A DNA stretch of 64,000 nucleotides from Octopus sinensis. Its lineage: Eukaryota. The notes under the pieces are model-generated. The model made no database searches, was not told the DNA's origin, and was given only the letters and a program-made list of their open reading frames with translations. The stretch covers positions 153,760,001-153,824,000 of the forward strand of contig NC_042999.1 in the NCBI RefSeq assembly GCF_006345805.1, written 5' to 3'. Shown in pieces: positions 1 to 13,302 of the stretch (positions are counted from its first letter, which is position 1; every line of letters starts with the position of its first letter). A program made the translations under genes and the position numbers.

Positions 1-233
1 ATGATCATACACAAAAACAGAGAAGTGGGGGTGCAAATAAGGGTTGGGAAAGGGAGAGAGATAGGGATGGGGAGAAGGATGGGGAGAGGCATGGGGAGAG
101 GCATAGGGAGAGGAATGTGGGTAGGGAGGGAAAAAGCAGAGGGGAAAAAGATGTGGAGGGGGAAAATGTGGAGGGGAAAAGATGGGGAGAGAGATTGGAG
201 CAAAGATGGGGATAGAATGAGAGAAGCCTCGAA

Positions 234-317
234 ACGTTTGATGTCAAATAAGTCAGCGTCGAATTAACGACGCTAAATACGCGGCGCCAAATCGGCTGTG
301 CCCAAACGGCTCATCTC
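234..317 (+). repeat. About 85-bp repeat with short internal inverted motifs (possible DNA-transposon end); second copy at 1602-1685
   Basis: acgtttgatgtcaaa..aagtcagc.tcgaatta.cgac.c.aaat..gcggcgccaaa.cggctgt recurs in the same orientation, each time after a GA-rich tract. Confidence 0.6.
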
Positions 318-599
318 ACATCAGAGTTGATTGAACATGGGCGGGCGGGAAAGACTTCCTTCAAAAGCAAACCACGATGATAATTAAAAAGAGTAGTTTA
401 TGGAATACTGGAAAAATACCCTTTGATCTGTTAGTTCGTTGATGATGTAGCTGTCCCCTAGCGTTTGCCTTGAGTTTAATTTCCCTGTTATAATCACGTT
501 AAATGTCAATGTACGCATCATATTTATGTAAATAAATGAATAATGCATTCTATTGTATTATATAAATGGAATTATTAAAAGGATATCAAATGCGGATAT

Positions 600-1170
<571 letters not shown>

Positions 1171-1265
1171 GTTGATTAAAGAAATGGTTGCTGATGTCGA
1201 TGACTTAAATAGCTGATTTCAGAGGACCGCTATGAGATTATACATAGAGTTAACAGGCAACGGAG

Positions 1266-1320
<55 letters not shown>

Positions 1321-1335
1321 GTGTGTGTGTGTGTG

Positions 1336-1366
<31 letters not shown>

Positions 1367-1427
1367 AACAGAGAGAGAGAATGAGAAAATTTGTAGATTT
1401 CAGCGGTCCAGCACACACACACACACA

Positions 1428-1473
<46 letters not shown>

Positions 1474-1689
1474 TAGATTGATGGATGGATTATTGACGCG
1501 GTGATCAGTGGGATGAAAGAGGAGAGGGAGGAGAGAGGGGGAGGAGGAGGGGGGTAAGAGGGAGTTGAGAGGGATGGGGACAGAATGAGAGAAACACTAC
1601 TACGTTTGATGTCAAAGAAGTCAGCATCGAATTAGCGACACCAAATGAGCGGCGCCAAAACGGCTGTACCAAAACGTCTCACATCCCTC

Positions 1690-1875
1690 ACCAGAGCATT
1701 CTACCTGTTATCAAGAATTCTGAGATAAAATCATAATGGTAGACCACTGCTGGATGTTATATCGTAATGGTGCAAATCACATTTGGAAGAGAAAAATCAT
1801 AATTTTCACATTTTTCATTGCGGGTATATATCTGCTATATAAATATGTGAGTACATATATACAAATCCATGCAAT
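1690..1875 (+). mobile_element. Duplicate of the 3' end of the same Chapaev3-type element
   Basis: Near-identical to about 4325-4500 (ctgttatcaagaatt...atggtagaccactgctggatgttatatcgtaatggtgcaaatcacattt...caaatccatgcaataaga). Confidence 0.8.
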
Positions 1876-2387
1876 AAGACACAGAAAGAGAGTCATACAC
1901 CTATTCACCGACTCGAAATTCCACTTTGGAAAATTGCTTTATCCTGTAAATATACACAATCTGGATCGACTCTGAGTTCAAAATTATAATAATTAATACA
2001 AACCGTAGTATGCAATTTCAATCGGAACATAGCCAAAGATGACTACCTCTTTTGAGCATCTTAATCATAAAAGATGTTCCTATGAACGCTGAAACTGACA
2101 TCTACTTCAAGCGAAATAGTCTCAAAAGAATATCTATCATTCTGCTCCTGTCACTCAGCACATACGGAAACAAAATATATCTTTGAACCACGGTGAGAAG
2201 AATCTACACAATCCCAAAACCGGGAGGACTCGACTTCAAGAACTTAAAAATATATTACCTCGAAAATAAAACACAAAGTAACTTTACTCAATAACGGAAT
2301 ATAACTTGCAAAAACGATAGACATCCAAGAATTAGGAAAAGCAAAATAACCTATGATACACTCAATAGCTTAATTTAAATATTGATT

Positions 2388-2595
2388 TCAAATTTTAGCA
2401 CAAGGCCAGCAATTTTGAAGGAAGAAGTATGTCAATTAGATCGACACCAGTTTTCAACTGGTACTTATTTCATCGAGCCTGAAAGGGTGAAAGGCAAAAT
2501 CGACCTCGACGGAATTTGAACTCTGAACATAAAGACGGACGAAATGCCGCTAAGCATCTTGCCCGTCGTGCTAATGACTGCCAGCTTGCCGCCTT
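2388..2595 (-). mobile_element. SINE family A with the alternative A' tail (tRNA-type head AAGGCGGCGAGCTGGCAGAA)
   Basis: Reverse complement of the head/body consensus seen at 45023-45254, but ending in the ccttgtgc...aaatttga-type tail. Confidence 0.8.
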
Positions 2596-2689
2596 ATTTA
2601 ACATTATATATTAACATGCAGTCCATCAGTCCATCATCAGAAAATTTCTTTTTTGATGAACGACAAACAATTGAAAAAATATTACTCAG

Positions 2690-3105
2690 ATGCAATTCTT
2701 TCATTCAACATTCTAACGACAAATCCATAGTACCGGAATTGTGACTTTTCAATGCTGAGAAGTAACAGTTTCGACTGGAGAGGCACTATTGTATCCGAGT
2801 TACACACCCTGTCGAGTAACTCTACTCCAGAGATCTCTGGGAGAAATCTAAGGTGGCTTGGCCATACTCTCCATCAACCTCCAGAGTAATTCCTTTGCAA
2901 GGCAATCAACCTGATTTCCCTCCCATACTGGTGCAAACGTGATGCGACGGTTACAGGTCAGCGCGGAATCACAATCGGGCACCTACGTCTATAGTCCTCG
3001 GCAGTGGAAGCGGGAGTGAGTATCCATTACAGCCTCGACTGCGGCCAACCGTCAGATGTGGTCAGCATTCGTGAGAGACATTAAAGTTGCATTACTGCAA
3101 TTGCA
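2690..3105 (+). mobile_element. RTE-type LINE 3' fragment
   Basis: Degenerate RNLRWLGHT... and AANRQMWSAFVRD, typical of the RTE ORF C-terminus (RRLRWxGH, ...W..FV). Confidence 0.6.
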
Positions 3106-3365
3106 GATGGGACTTCTGGACTTTCATCACTTTCTGAATACCTTGATGCAGGGTTCCTTACCCCGAAATATGGAAATACCAAGTAAAACTTCAACTGCTT
3201 TTCTGTTTTCACTTTTGTAATTCACTTTTGAATTTCATTTCGCATTGTTTCGGCCTTACCAAGTTTTATATAATTTGATATTACACAAAGTTTCACCCAA
3301 GCTATTCTAATCAAATCAATATATATCTTAAACGATCTTAAAGGAGTTCCACACAGTTAAAAGAT

Positions 3366-4420
3366 ATGGCAAAGCTTCTCGCCTCTCGCTTGAAAGAAAT
3401 ACACTTATTTGAAGAAAATGCAACAGTGAGTTACTGTAGAAAGCAAAATTTTGTTTTAGCAGCATATTTCAAAGTGGACAGTCCTCTTTCTTATTGTCTT
3501 TCCATTAATGGACGTTTTGCAAATTTATCTGAAAGGCATGTTGTAATTGAATGGTGACTTTTATAGATTCATCACAACGAAGTTTAAAAGCTATTTTGTC
3601 GCATAATGGAAATTTAAAACCATGTATCCCCCATTGGTTACGCTGTGCATTTAAAAGAATTTTATATTCAAACGGAGATTCTTTTTGATGCAATCCAATA
3701 CAATGACTCCCAATGGAATCTTTGTGAAGATCTTAAAGTAATTGCAGTGCTAGTGGGCATACAAGAGGAATTCGCTAAGCACTGCTGCTCTCTGTGTGTG
3801 CGACAGACACGTTTTAACGGAATGTTATGATAAAAAGGAGTGGCCAGCCGAGTCTTCTTACATTGCTGGAAGAAATAACAGTCAACCAGTTCTTTTAGCT
3901 GATCCAAACAAAATATTTTACCATTTTTTACATCAAGGTTTAATAAAGGTATGCGAAAACCATGGTTTAAAACAAATTTGAAATATATTTCGTTTTTTTT
4001 TGTAGGAAATATTCTTAAAATTAAATAACTTTCTTCGGACTGCAAATCCGCTAGAGATTAAGATATTAAACCTTTTGAAGAAATACTAACAAAGACAGAG
4101 CTAAAATCTTGTTGAGCTTTGAAATGGAACTGTGCTAACGTCTTAAGAAAATTACTGGTCTCTTTGTTTCTTTTCAAAATAGGATTGAGTAACTACAGGA
4201 GGATTTTCAAAGGTATGGTCTGTCGCATGTTCAGCATCTATATTTTCGTTTCTTTCGTGGAAATCTTTCTGTAGTGAATGATTAACAAAGGGATAGATAC
4301 TCCACCACGGTATTAAATCTATGAAAATCTGTTATCAAGAATTCCGAGATAAAATTATAATGGTAGACCACTGCTGGATGTTATATCGTAATGGTGCAAA
4401 TCACATTTAGAAGAAAAAAT
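3366..4420 (+). pseudogene. Degenerate Chapaev3-type (CMC superfamily) DDE transposase
   Basis: Frameshifted, stop-ridden translation: AKLLASRLKEIHLF...EW*LFIDSSQRSLKAILSHNGN...WNLCEDLKVIAVLVG...KHCCSLC...MVDHCWML. This matches the family pattern LLGSRL/WRLFIDSS/CGDLKV/CCFLC/DYCWML. Superfamily assigned from remembered motifs, not a search. Confidence 0.75.
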
Positions 4421-5999
4421 CATAATTTTCACATTTTTTATTGCGGGTATATATCTGCTATATACATATATGAGTACATATATACAAATCCATGCAATAA
4501 GATTAATGTGAAAATTAAATGTTATCACTCGATATGTGTGTGTGTGCGTGCGTATGTGTGTGTATATGTGTGAGAGATAGAGAGAGAGAGTGTATGTGTG
4601 TGTGCGTGGTTATTACAAATGAGATCATCCCTTTCCTCATATTACGAAACAGGATTAAAAATTTGAAATTGAAATTAAGGAATTACCAGAAAAATGATGA
4701 ACAAAATTTACATCTTTTTTCAGTGGTAATTATGTATAGCACTATTTCATTCTTTTCAGAAATCGTCAGCATGTATGCATGTTTGAGTCTATTCCCCTTA
4801 CAGCTTTGCAACCAATATTGGCTTATGCACGTCCCTGTAACTTAGCAATTCAGCCAAAGAGACCGATAGAATAAGTATCAGACATAGAAATAAGAGCAAG
4901 GGCCGATGTGCTAGAATAAACTTTTCAAAGGAGTGCTCGAACACGGCCGCAGTCCAGTGACTGAAACAAATAAAAGATAAGAGTTGTGAGGAAACAAAAC
5001 CAATAGGTGGGGAAGGAGGATCTGAAACTCCTTCCAAAAATGTTTTATTGTAATCAATTGTTATAATCACCACTATCGAAAGCGCAGAATTTTATTTTAA
5101 AATATCCATTTTTTCTATGAGGAAACAAAATTGGTGGAATACCAAGCTGTAGTTTTGCCGACTCTATTAGTTTCAATCATTGAACTCCTTGTATATGTGT
5201 GTGCATATATATAATAGATTATCTTATGTTGTCCAGTTGGGGCAGTAATATGGAATTATAGATCTGAAGTAGAAAGGGCCTGATAAGGTCGGAAATGGTG
5301 ACGAAAGGACTTTGCTAAGCCTGGCTGATTGATTGTCCGAACAGTTAATCAAACAACCGATTAGCCAATTGACAAATACAAATAAAGAAGTGAAACGGAA
5401 CCAGTGTGCGTGTTTATTATTAGCATAATGACCGTCCCGAGATACAATAAAATATGCTTCAAGTCATGAGTTCACATCAAGAATCTTTGATAAATAAAAA
5501 AAGAAACGAAATCTATCATCTTTTTCAAGATGGTTACCATTTTGGGATATTTGGTTGCTACTTCTAGCAAACTGAGAGACCACGTAGAGGTTGTCTAGTA
5601 GGCTCGTTTGCAATGAGTTACTCTATATGGCTAAATGGTGAGGCTTAAACTGGATTATCTCACAGGCGGCTGATTTAATAAGATTGAAATGACTTCCAGA
5701 TGACTTATTGATTAATCAACGAAAACTTCTGCTTTAAAATATCGATTTTACATTAACAACGAATAAATCTCTCTTTATATAAAGTTATAGAAGCAATCAA
5801 ATTTATAAAGATTCTTAATCATTGACTTGTGTTTCAATAATTGCCTGTTGTTTAAAACGTCTGACCCAAAGAGACAACGGATAAATCCCGACGTAATTAC
5901 TTAGATCCACTTAAGTATGGCTTTAAATATTCCTCGATAACCTACTTTAGCATAATGGATTGTCTGAAACGGTTGAGCATAGAAGTAAATGCCCACTAA

Positions 6000-6388
6000 T
6001 CTATATACATAAAGCTGAAGTTGTCTGTGTGTGGCAGGTTTGGTAGCCTTCAACTAACACTCTCTCTTCCGAGACTCTGCGGCGCAAGTTGACCAAAATT
6101 GAGAGTATGACAGCAGAAGATTTGCTCTTCATTCCGTAGAAGATAAAATTCAAATCGGACCATGTTAAGACTAAAAATTATTTACATCAAAAAGGTGCTT
6201 TTTTTCTATGGAAATCCCTATTTTTTACGATTTTTTGACTGCTGTGTCGCCATTTTTCGGTGTATTTAAACCAGAAAACTGTTCACTTAAAGAGAATAGC
6301 AAGCTACATAATGCAAAATTTTTACTTTTCAAAATTCCAATTCTAAAGGGTCGAAACAAACCCGTGCAACGCCGGGCGATACTGCTAA
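6000..6388 (+). mobile_element. Non-autonomous Helitron, body type 2
   Basis: A|TCTATATACATAAAGCTGAAGTTG 5' end; 3' end cccgtgcaacgccggg hairpin then CGATACTGCTAA|T; A-T target with no TSD. Confidence 0.75.
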
Positions 6389-6680
6389 TATTTAATAACG
6401 TTAATGCAGAAAGCTGACAGAATCGTTACCGTGTCAGGCAAAATGTTCAGCGACATTTCGTCTGCTTTTACGTTCTGAGTTAAAATTCCACTGAGATGGA
6501 CTTAGCCTTTCGTCCTGCCGGAGTCAATAAAATACGTACCAACTGAGCACCGGGGTCGATATAATCGACTTACCCCTCTCCGGAAATTGCTAGATCAAAT
6601 CTCACCGAGGATAATCTGGTATTTTATTATTTCGAAGTTAATAAAAATAAACTATCGGTTAAGTACTGGTATGTTTGTTT

Positions 6681-6978
6681 GTTCCTTCTCGAGCCATGCC
6701 TGGCTCATAAGGGCCGGTTTCCCGGTTTCCTTGGCGTATAGGTTCCACACCTGGACGGGACGTCGGTCCGTCGCACGTGAGCTGCAAGATACAGGAGGAA
6801 AGAGTGAGAGAAAGTTGTGGCGAAAGAATCAGCAGAAGTGCGCCATTACCTTCTGCCGGAGCCGCGTAGATCTTAGGTGTTTCGCTCATAAACACACACA
6901 TTGCCCGGTCTGAGATTCGAACTCGCGATCCCTCGACCGTGAGTCCGCTGCTCTAACCACTAGGCCATGTGCCTCTAC
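6681..6978 (-). mobile_element. SINE family C (tRNA-type head gtagaggcacatggcctagtggttagagcag...gagttcgaatctc)
   Basis: A-box TGGCCTAGTGG and B-box GAGTTCGAATC on the minus strand; body shared with 41632-41905. Confidence 0.8.
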
Positions 6979-7039
6979 AAAGTACTGGTATGAAACCAAC
7001 TGTAACCCAAGTATAAAATGCTGAGACTTTGTGCCAAAC

Positions 7040-7440
7040 AAAGTACATGACAACGACCAGGCCACAATCATCTGGGATATGCCTTTTCAAACTAACAAAG
7101 AAATAAAAGCTAATCTCCGCAGACATAATACTCAAGGATTTTTAAAAAATCACTTGTTTATTAATAAACGTTGCAGTCCCTTCTGATCAAAATATTGCCT
7201 AAAAGGAAGTGGAGAAATTGTCAAAGTACAAAGATCTCGAAATGGAGGTATTCAAGATGTGGAGCATGAAGGTGAAAAACAATACCAATAATAATTGGAG
7301 CTATGGGTATGATAAAATCATATGGATAAAAACGTAGAAGCTATACATGGAGACTTAACACGACACATATAAAAAAAAATAGCTCTGCTAGGAAAAGCTC
7401 ACATCCTACGCAAGACACTATCAATTCAAACAAACAAAAT
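7040..7440 (+). mobile_element. 3' fragment of an R4/Dong-type (RLE) non-LTR retrotransposon
   Basis: Degenerate translation IIWDMPFQTNKEIKAN...AVPSDQN...KEVEKLSKYKDLEMEV...IPIIIGAMG...KIALLGKAHILRKTL, the restriction-like endonuclease C-terminus. Confidence 0.8.
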
Positions 7441-7727
7441 CAACCCAAACAAAAAAATACACGAATACAAGACTCACTCTAAACAGTAAATAACCAATAA
7501 CAAACAACCATTAACAGGCCGGATACTCAGCAGAAAAAAACCCAACTCGCATTACACACGCACAACACACAATACAAACACTACTACGACAAAAGACTGC
7601 AACTAGAGGCCCCATACAAACACAAACTGACGCAATACAACACAAAAATGAACATACAATGTTGCACACACACCAGCAACACGGTGGTGTAGCTGGTGAT
7701 GCAGTAGAAATTTGCCCGAAACTATCC

Positions 7728-9045
7728 CGGTTATAAATATCTGGGAATACTTGAGACAGATGGATTTAAACAAAGTGACATTAAAGAAGAGATAAAGAAA
7801 AAGTACCAGCGGCGAGTGAGAAAAATATTCGTTTCAAAGCTGAAATATAATTTGGGCAATAAACTCGCGCGCGGTCGCAGTAGTTCGGTACGGCGCTGGA
7901 ATCCTGAAATGTGGAGAGAGGAGGAGCTAAAAGAGTTGGACAGGAAGATAAGAAAGCTCTTAACGAGGCATGGAGCCCATCATTCACGTGTAGACACTGA
8001 TCGCCTATGCATGAAGACAGCAAGTGCAGGAAGGGGGCTGATAAGTGTGGAAGACTGCATTCGTCTCGAAGTAAGGAAACCTTGCTAGTGTCAGCTGGGA
8101 AAAAGGGAGTATTGAAAGCAGAGTAAAGAGGAAAAACAAAGGAAGAAGTAGAAAAAAGGCACGAAGAAGAATTACGCAAGAAAGAACTACACAATCAATT
8201 CCATATAGCCACACCTGAAATTGCTGGAAAACATAGGTGGGATTGGCTGAAGAAAGGAACACTGAAAAAAGAGACCGAGAGCACTATACTGGCAGCGCAA
8301 GACCAAGCTTTGGCCACGAATTGGAGGGTCAACCTTAGGAATGAGCAAGTGCCTCTGCTGTGCCGCATCTGTTATAGAGTGGATGAAACTGTTGCCCATA
8401 TCACGAAAGAATGCCCTACACTTGCCAACAACCACTACAAGTTGTGACTACATGATCAGGTAGTGAAAGTGCTACACTGGAAACTTTGCGAAAAGTGGGG
8501 GCTAGAGAGAGGCAAGACAGGATGTGAGCATCAACGCAGAGAGTGGCGGTGTCGGAGACTGACAAAATCCTCTAGGATTTCCCAATCCAAACATATCAGG
8601 TGCTAGAGCATAACAGACCGGACCTAGTGGTGGTCGACAACATGCTCCACATGCAACATCAAATATAGTTGATATGGCATGCCCCTTTGACCCACGAATA
8701 GTCAAGAAGGAAGGCGAAAACATACATGTATACAATCTTCTTAAGTGCGAAATAGCCCAGCTATGGAAAATGAAGAAGGTGAAGAAAGTGCCAATTATTG
8801 TTGGTTCCCCAAAGAACCAACAATCAGAAGGCATCAAAAGGAATATAAAGGAAATCAGAATAGAGTGCCCAGTAGAACAGCTACAAAAGGTTTGCCTCCT
8901 TGGCACGGCCAGAATAATCGGGAAAGTATTAGATAGTTAAAAAGAACAGATAGCATGGTGCTGTAGGCTGCAGGCAGTAAACCTGCTATGCATGCAAGCC
9001 TCCAGGTGTTACAACAAAACCTGAGATAAAAAGGATAAATAATAA
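7728..9045 (+). mobile_element. 5'-truncated R4/Dong-type (RLE) LINE: end of RT, CCHC finger, endonuclease, 3' UTR
   Basis: GYKYLGILE...ELDRKIRKLLTRHGAHH...DRL...GRGLISVEDC; zinc finger C-RIC...ETVAHITKEC; HNRPDLVVVD nuclease motif; LQKVCLLGTARII terminus; ends at (TAA)n. Confidence 0.88.
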
Positions 9046-9365
9046 TTTATTCTTTTATTGGCCACAAGGGCTCACACACAAAACATTAAAAGACATGCAA
9101 CGACATAAAAGACAAAAACAGGACGATACAGTGGGTTTTCGCGTGTATACAATGTAATAACAAAAAGTGGAACAAATTAAAATCCCAATAGAAGAGGCGC
9201 TTTAAGGTCCTCGTAGAAAACCCCACAAAAGCCACGATATCTGAACAATAGGACAAGAGCCCTTCTTTATTCACAGATACACGCTCAGAAATGGTCCTTT
9301 TACACTGGCCATTCTTCCAACATTCACCCACCTTTCAGCAAACTTGCTACAAGGCAACACTTCCC
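9046..9365 (-). mobile_element. Tx1/L1-type LINE 3' end inserted in the (TAA)n tract
   Basis: Minus strand encodes KFAERWVNVGRMA (compare FKK*WVNVARMA at about 11075-11110) and ends gagcccttgtggccaataaaagaata. Confidence 0.7.
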
Positions 9366-9411
9366 TATAATAATAATAAAAATAATAATGATGATAATAA
9401 TAATAATAATA

Positions 9412-9457
<46 letters not shown>

Positions 9458-10354
9458 TCCTAATTTTGGTACAAGGCCAGCAATTTTGTGGGGAAAGCAT
9501 TAGTCAATATGATTGAAATCCAGGACTTGACTGATCCTTTATTTTATCAACCACGAAAGGATGATTCGGTAATCTTGTTCTGAGAAAATCTACTCCGTTG
9601 TTGATGATGCTGAGACACGTAACCCTCTGCTCTCTTGCATTTTAAACGAAGAGCTCAAGCAAAGGTGCACTTATTCTAGTTACGCATGTATGCCAAGTAA
9701 TTTTTCATTTTTTTTTTCAGGCAAATGATTCACGCTCAGCATTTCTATTAAATTAACGGCATTAGCGAAACGAAAATTTATATCTTTTTCATATTGTATT
9801 TTATTTGTGTATGTGTGTGTGAGTGCGTGCGTGCATGCGTGTGTGTGTGTGTGTGTGTGTGTGCGATTATTTTTGTTGTTATGATTGTTAAGCGTATGAA
9901 ATTGTTCCAATTACTGTCACTATTATCAGTCAAAAAGTCATTAAGTTTTCCATGCTGATTTTGTACGCTAGGCTGTTTAATTCTTTCCTTTTTTTCCTTT
10001 CTCATTTCCTGTTTTGTTGTGTTTGCTTTTCATATCCCCCCACACCACCCCGTAGGCAAAGGATCTTCTTTCTGGCTGAAAGCCATCCAAAGTTAAACGG
10101 AAATAAAGTAAAATTGTCTTCAAAATAAACCAAACAGACTTTAGAGGAGCAGGTATAGCTGTGTGGTAAAGTAGCTTGCTTTGCAACCACATGATTCCGG
10201 GTTTAGTCTCACTGTGTGGCACCTTGGGCTAGTGTCTCCTACTATAGCCTCGGACAACCAAAGCCGTGTCAGTGAAATTGGCAAACAGAAACTGAAAAAA
10301 GCTTATCGTATAAATATATATGTATGTATGTGTATGTGTGTAGGTATATATTTG

Positions 10355-10521
<167 letters not shown>

Positions 10522-11521
10522 AGGGGATTAGTGGAGGGGAGGTACGACGACGATCTTGGGGCAAACCTGGGCGTCGACGAGGAATACCTGACCCGCCTGT
10601 TTGAAACGACTTTCGGGCCGGGACCTATGGACAACTTCCAGAGATCCCTGGCCTGGCGGTGCTACCGAGAAGCGCTACCCGTTCGGGATAAGCTCTATAG
10701 GCATGGCTCGAGAAACACGGGGCCGACCTGCCCGAGATGCGGGCAGAGCGACGAAACCGCTCTGCACGCAATCGTGCAGTGTCCAACAATCTCCGACCTG
10801 TGGGCTTATGTCGAACGACTGCTGTCACGTGTGGGACGTGTCGATTTATCAGCCGAGTCTATCGTTAATATCGTCACGCCTCCTTCCTTCAAACGGGAAG
10901 GAAGAGCTATTTTTATCATACTTGTGGCTATGGCGAAAGAATGTATCTGGTGGACGCGCCTGAAAGGATTAGAGACAAACACTTTCCTCTCTGGTCAATC
11001 TCTCATCAACTTCTTCAAGTATCACTTGAAGAAGAAAGTGAGAGTAGAGAGACAAGTTTTGTCCAGTGAATGTTTTAAAAAATGATGGGTGAATGTAGCA
11101 AGGATGGCACGTATGAATGACGAAGCCACCTTGACTATGATTCTATGAACCGTAAAAATTAATACAGAGAGTTGCTTATTTGCAAAAAAAAAGAAGAAAT
11201 ATAACATGTGACTTCATTGACCGAGGCTACCGTGGTCTTTTCCGTAGGCGTTTCTTTCCACGGGTAAACCTCACCTGTCCTCCCCTTTACACTTCATATT
11301 GACATTTCTGTGATAACGATCCCTATTGATCAATTTTTTTTCCTTTCCCGTTCCCCCCTTTTTTATTTATTTTTTTTAAAATTTTATTTTATCCCCCCCT
11401 TTTTTTGTCCTCTTTCTTTCCATTTACGATCCCTTTTGATCGAAAACCAAACCCCCTTCTTTTACCCCCAAAAGAAAAGCTCTACCTTGTAATTTTGTCC
11501 TGTCTGTGTGGCTAATAAAGA

Positions 11522-11527
<6 letters not shown>
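10522..11527 (+). mobile_element. 5'-truncated Tx1/L1-clade LINE (ORF2 C-terminal zinc-finger region plus 3' UTR)
   Basis: FQRSLAWRCYREALPVRDKLYRHG...CPRCGQSDETALHAIVQC...LW, a zf-RVT-like CCHC pattern. 3' end tgtggctaataaagaaac. Flanked by (TATC)n and (AT)n. Confidence 0.85.
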
Positions 11528-11559
<32 letters not shown>

Positions 11560-11561
<2 letters not shown>

Positions 11562-11822
11562 CGCAGTTTAAGTTAGTTGAAATATGTTTGTCGCATATTT
11601 CAACTGCTAAAGGCAAATACACTGCAGGTACCATGGAGAAAAATCTCTCTCTTGTGGTAAATAATGAAGTAATGGCGCAAAGCAGTGTTTACGTATAATC
11701 ACACATAATCTCCATGGTAATTTTTATGTATTTGCCTTTAGCAGTTGAAATATGTGGCAAACGTATTTCAACTAACGTAAATTGTGATAATATGTAAACA
11801 CTGCTTTGCACCATTATTTCGC
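11560..11822. repeat. Interleaved inverted-repeat element (A-B-A'-B')
   Basis: gttagttgaaata...ctgctaaaggcaaatac...taccatggaga (11560-11640) is the reverse complement of 11709-11790. taatggcgcaaagcagtgtttac (about 11670-11692) is the reverse complement of about 11795-11817. Confidence 0.75.
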
Positions 11823-11869
11823 TACTTTTCTCGATAAGGCGATCTACACTCGCAAATCAGTTGACTGAA

Positions 11870-12263
11870 TCTTTATATATAAAAGTGAAGTTGTGTGTCT
11901 GTCTCCTACGATTTAGATTCCTAACTACTCCCACATTTTGCGGTGCAGTGTAACCAAAAGCGGGTATCTTATAGTCGTGATTCATATCGAGCCCTTCTGG
12001 GTATTAGCGCGCGTCTACGATGAGTCTACGATTAAAAAAATAATTTACCATCATTTTTTCCCATTTTAATGCATTTTTTTGCTATTATATAAGGGAAGTA
12101 ACTCTCTAAAAATGTATTATTAAATCTCAGAACGTAAAAAGCTACAGTAACACCCCCCTTTGTGGTTAGCCATATTGAGATGGCTATTATACTTTACATC
12201 TCTAAAAATGCTTATATAGTTATTTCCCTTACAAACCCGAGCAACGCCGGGCGATACTGCTAG
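11870..12263 (+). mobile_element. Non-autonomous Helitron, body type 1, tandem copy 1
   Basis: A|TCTTTATATATAAAAGTGAAG ... cccgagcaacgccggg hairpin, CGATACTGCTAG|T. Confidence 0.85.
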
Positions 12264-12469
12264 TTAAATATAAAGCCACAAGCTTTATTTAGTTCGTTCA
12301 GAGTTGTCTCTCTTAGGTACATCGCATTGGCAAGAGTCAATAAACTCGAAACATCGATGTCTGAGATTATCGAGAGATGTCGACACTGAAGGTTGTTATT
12401 CTTAGATAATAACTTTTGCTCAATCTTTAAACTTAAAAAAAGGTTTTTTTTTATCTCCAGGTTAGTTTA

Positions 12470-12862
12470 TCTTTATATATAAAAGTGAAGTTGTGTGTCT
12501 GTCTCCTACGATTTAGATTCCTAACTACTCCCACATTTTGCGGTGCAGTGTAACCAAAAGCGGGTATCTTATAGTCGTGATTCATATCGAGCCCTTCTGG
12601 GTATTAGCGCGCGTCTACGATGAGTCTACGATTAAAAAAAAAATTTACCATCATTTTTTCCCATTTTAATGCATTTTTTGCTATTATATAAGGGAAGTAA
12701 CTCTCTAAAAATGTATTATTAAATCTCAGAACGTAAAAAGCTACAGTAACACCCCCCTTTGTGGTTAGCCATATTGAGATGGCTATTATACTTTACATCT
12801 CTAAAAATGCTTATATAGTTATTTCCCTTACAAACCCGAGCAACGCCGGGCGATACTGCTAG
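12470..12862 (+). mobile_element. Non-autonomous Helitron, body type 1, tandem copy 2
   Basis: Almost identical to copy 1, with the same 5' TC and 3' CTAG termini. Confidence 0.85.
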
Positions 12863-13068
12863 TTAAATATAAAGCCACAAGCTTTATTTAGTTCGTTCAG
12901 AGTTGTCTCTCTTAGGTACATCGCATTGGCAAGAGTCAATAAACTCGAAACATCGATGTCTGAGATTATCGAGAGATGTCGACACTGAAGGTTGTTATTC
13001 TTAGATAATAACTTTTGCTCAATCTTTAAACTTAAAAAAAGGTTTTTTTTTATCTCCAGGTTAGTTTA

Positions 13069-13302
13069 TCTTTATATATAAAAGACAAGTTGTGTGTCTG
13101 TCTCCTACGATTTAGATTCCTAACTCTCTAAAACTAACTCTCTAAAAATGTTTACGATGAGTCAACGATTAAAAAAAAATTTACCATCATTCTTTTTCCA
13201 TTTTTAATGCATATTTTTGCTATTTTTTGGCTATAACTCTCTAAAAATGCTTATATACTTATTTCCCTTACAAAACCGAGCAACGCCGGGCGATACTGTT
13301 AG
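13069..13302 (+). mobile_element. Non-autonomous Helitron, body type 1, internally deleted copy 3
   Basis: Same 5' end, rearranged and shortened body, 3' end ccgagcaacgccgggcgatactgTTAG|T. Confidence 0.75.
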
